DNA of 64,000 nucleotides from Phyllosticta citribraziliensis (Eukaryota): NCBI RefSeq assembly GCF_038025025.1, contig NW_027117338.1, positions 3,286,001 to 3,350,000 of the forward strand, read 5' to 3'. Shown piece by piece: positions 61,010 to 64,000 of this stretch (position 1 is its first letter; each line of letters starts with the position of its first letter). The notes under the pieces were generated by a model. It saw only the letters and a program-made list of their open reading frames with translations, ran no database searches and was not told where the DNA came from. The position numbers and the translations under genes were made by a program.

Positions 61010-61744
61010 GGTGCTGTCTGGCGTGTAGGACAGAGACGAGCACGGGAACAAGGTGCTTCTGGAGGAAATGCGACTACATTTTGCTGTCCCGGACAAGATC
61101 CTCACACTCTTCCTTATCTGGCGCAGCTATCATGCCGCCCGACGGTGAACCAATCGATAGACTGCAAGCAAAGTGGCGGCGAAACTCTGCCCTGAACAGC
61201 GCAACTCTGTTCGCGGGAGAAGTCGTTGCGGGCACGTCCGCAGCAACATCACTAGAATAGGAAACAGAGACGGCGGGGCGGCTCCCTCAAACGCCAGGGC
61301 ATCAGTGTCGAGCGACCCTGCAGATCAATCTCCAATCGTCTGAGAGATAAGAATGATTGGAGACTGCGTCTACGCAGAGAGTTCTGCGTGGGTGGGGAGC
61401 TTCAGTAGCTAGCTTCAACCCCTCCATCGCAAGACCCCGACGCGCGAAATAGAGTTGGAGCTTGGCTGGGTTGATAACCGGCACAAGCCCCGCCTTTGTC
61501 GCCCCTCCTCGCTGCGTGAGATAGCATCGCAGCGGCAGAGAATGCAGAGCAGACTCAACCAGGTAATGGGGCGCGGTGTCGCGGCTGTGTTAAAAGTGAT
61601 TGCTGCGATGCGCCTCTGAATTCCTGCGGGCCTTAAAGACGTGCGGTTGACGTTTTTTGTTTGGGCGCGCACGAGTATTGCCTGGAAGGAGTTCGACTTG
61701 ACATTTATTCGGAAAGAGCTTGGAAAGTCGTGTTTGATCGGACA
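61010..61744. promoter_or_regulatory. Bidirectional promoter between permease and hydantoinase genes with GATA and CCAAT sites
   Basis: The genes are head to head. HGATAR sites at ~61113 (CTTATC), 61346 (GATAAG) and 61473 (GATAA). Inverted repeat TCTCCAATC 61329..61337 / GATTGGAGA 61355..61363. Confidence 0.5.
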
Positions 61745-64000
61745 ATGGCTATCGACAAAGTCTTCAGGGTCGGTGTCGACGTCGGTACGTTTTTGCACCG
61801 AGCCTCTGAATGCTCCCATTTTGCCAGTCTGATTTGTTTTAGGTGGAACCAACACGGATTGTGTCATTATACGTATGTGCTCCATCAATCAGGGAAATGC
61901 AGAGGTTTGACGACTACAGATCCTGGGGAGTCGCACGCGGAGCACAGGGGTATCCGAAGCACGTTCAAGTGTCCAACTACCCCCGATGTGACCACCGGCA
62001 TCATCAACGCAATTGAAGGCGCTTTGTCGAAATGCGACGTCAAAAGAGACAGCATCTGCGCCGTCATTATTGGGACGACGGTAAGACTCTCTCAGTCAGA
62101 GGAAACACTTGTGAAGACTAAGTCGAGCAACTTAGCACTTCGTCAATGCCGTTGTCCAGGCAGATGACCACAACTTGCGCAGAGTCGCCGTTCTGCGCGT
62201 GTGTGGGCCATATACCAAGGAGAACCCGTCGTTCCTCGACTTTCCGCCTATTTTGGCGCGCATCATGAATGGCCACACGGCGTATCTGGACGGTGGGCTT
62301 GAATGTGATTGTTCCATCCAAATGTGACCTTGGACGTGTGTTGACGCCTGCAGATGACGGAAGAGAAATCCTGCCCATCGACGAAGAGCAGGTCCGCAAC
62401 GAATGCAAGATCGTCAAGGAGAAGGGCATCGACGACATTGCCATCATCGGTGTCTTTTCGCCCCTGGACACCGAGGGGACGCAGGAGGCGCGGGTGCGCC
62501 AGATTGTGCTGGAAGAACTGCCAGACGCGGATGTTGTCCTATCTCGCGACAGTGAGTCTCTTGCTCCGCTGCCTCCCAAGCCACGAATGCTCCCGTGCTT
62601 CCCACCCGCAAACTCCACCAGCATGTGTGCTTGCCCATGAAGATCTCACACTGAATGCGTAGTCGGCCAACTGGGCTACCTCGAGCGCGAAAACGCTACC
62701 ATCCTCAACACTTCGATCCTCAAGTACGCGCGTCGCACTATTCGGGGCTTCAAGCTTGCCATGAGCTCCCTCGGTCTCAGCTGCGCGCTGTTCCTCACGC
62801 AGAACGACGGCACGGTCATCGATGCCGACACGGTGGAAGGCTGCCCTATCAAGACTTTCTCTAGCGGACCGACGAATTCGATGGCGGGCGCGGCCTACCT
62901 TGCAAATATCGAAAATGGACGCGAAAAGTTTCCGAATTCGCAAGTCATTGTTGCGGATATCGGTGGGACGTCCACGGATGCTTGCGCGCTGTAAGTCTTT
63001 GTTGCGACGAGAGAAACGAGGAGCTGTGTGACTTCGCCAGTGCTGACACGCCTCGCAGACTTCCTTCGGGGTTTCCACGCCAAGCTGGCACATGGGTCGA
63101 GGTGGGTGGTGTGCGATGCTCTTTTTCTATGCCAGAGGTTGTCTCGATTGCGCTCGGCGGTGGAACCAAGGTCGAAGAGAAGGACGGCAAGGTCCTTGTC
63201 GGTCCGGAGTCTGTTGGATACAACCTCCTCACCGAGGGCTTAGTTTTTGGCGGCAAGACCCTTACTGTGACAGGTGCGTTCGCTCACCATATCGCGGAAA
63301 TTTTACTAAATCAGTGGTGTAGACGTTGCTGTGGCGAGCGGGAAAGCAGAAGTGGGCGACAAGGAAAAAGTAGGCAGTGTCGATAAGAAGTTGGTGTCAG
63401 AGGCCCGGCTCCGCATCAAGAAGCTGCTTGAGAAGGTCGTCGAAAGTATGAAACTGACTGCGGATGACGCGCTGGTAATTTTGGTGGGCGGTGGGAGCAT
63501 CGCTCACCTGGACGACTTGGACGGAGTTTCGCAAGTCATTAGGCCGCCGTAAGCCCCTTGAATATGGTATCTGGAACCTCAACTGATCACCCGATAGGTA
63601 CTTTGACTGTGCAAATGCCGTGGGAGCAGCCATTGCAAAGGTCGCCGGTCAAGTGGACGCCGTAAAGGTTCTGGAAGGCAAAGACGAGGACGCCGTCCTC
63701 GCAGAAGTGTGCAAAGATGCTGCTCAGCGGGCCATGGATGCAGGAGCCGACCCAAGCACCGTCGAGATTGTCTCGGTGGACAACATGCCGATTCAATATA
63801 CCTCAATGAAGGCGTCGCGAATTATTGTCAAAGCCGTAAGTCAAAAACCTCCACATGGAAGACGCTGCAGCTGACAGACCTCGAGGCGGGTCGTTTGGGC
63901 AAACAAGCCCTGCTCAAACCGACCACAATCTTAAATCTCGAAGCGCCTGCGAAGCCGATCTCAGTCGCCACAAATGGCATCAAAAACTGCGAGAAGAACC
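61745..64000 (+). CDS. Hydantoinase/oxoprolinase family protein (HyuA-like), multi-exon, runs off window
   Basis: FRVGVDVG|GTNTD (30-nt exon 61843..61872), IIGTT|HFVNA, LERENATILN, LTQNDGT, TFSSGPTNSMAGA, DIGGTSTD, SIALGGG, VGPESVG, LVGGGS and ANAVGAA. Confidence 0.93.

Overview
This is eukaryotic DNA from a filamentous ascomycete (Pezizomycotina-like). It has short GT-AG introns with CTRAY branch sites, fungal housekeeping genes and an intron-containing tRNA. No species is assigned. Bases 1-7.6 kb form an accessory-looking locus: five intact, strongly diverged paralogues of one uncharacterised ~215-230 aa family, all on the + strand with the same phase-0 intron after 'SFQ', plus two decayed relics. 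These surround one oppositely oriented secreted Cys-containing protein with an HNH-like DHIFE...NxxK signature and a 54-bp minisatellite. The layout suggests a fungal toxin/immunity-type locus, which is a hypothesis only. The rest holds an M20 amidohydrolase, two MFS transporters, GH43, TAF6, a CoA-transferase III/AMACR with PTS1, a DUF7730-like protein, GH125, a possible SUKH/Knr4-like protein, a 49-aa Cys/His microprotein, an aquaporin, a Mae1/SLAC1 transporter, tRNA-Glu(CTC) with a 65-nt intron, UGO1, YAH1 (GC-AG intron), APM1, TIM22 and a divergent NCS1 permease/hydantoinase pair. Exon boundaries were read by eye. Family names come from motif recognition, not database searches.
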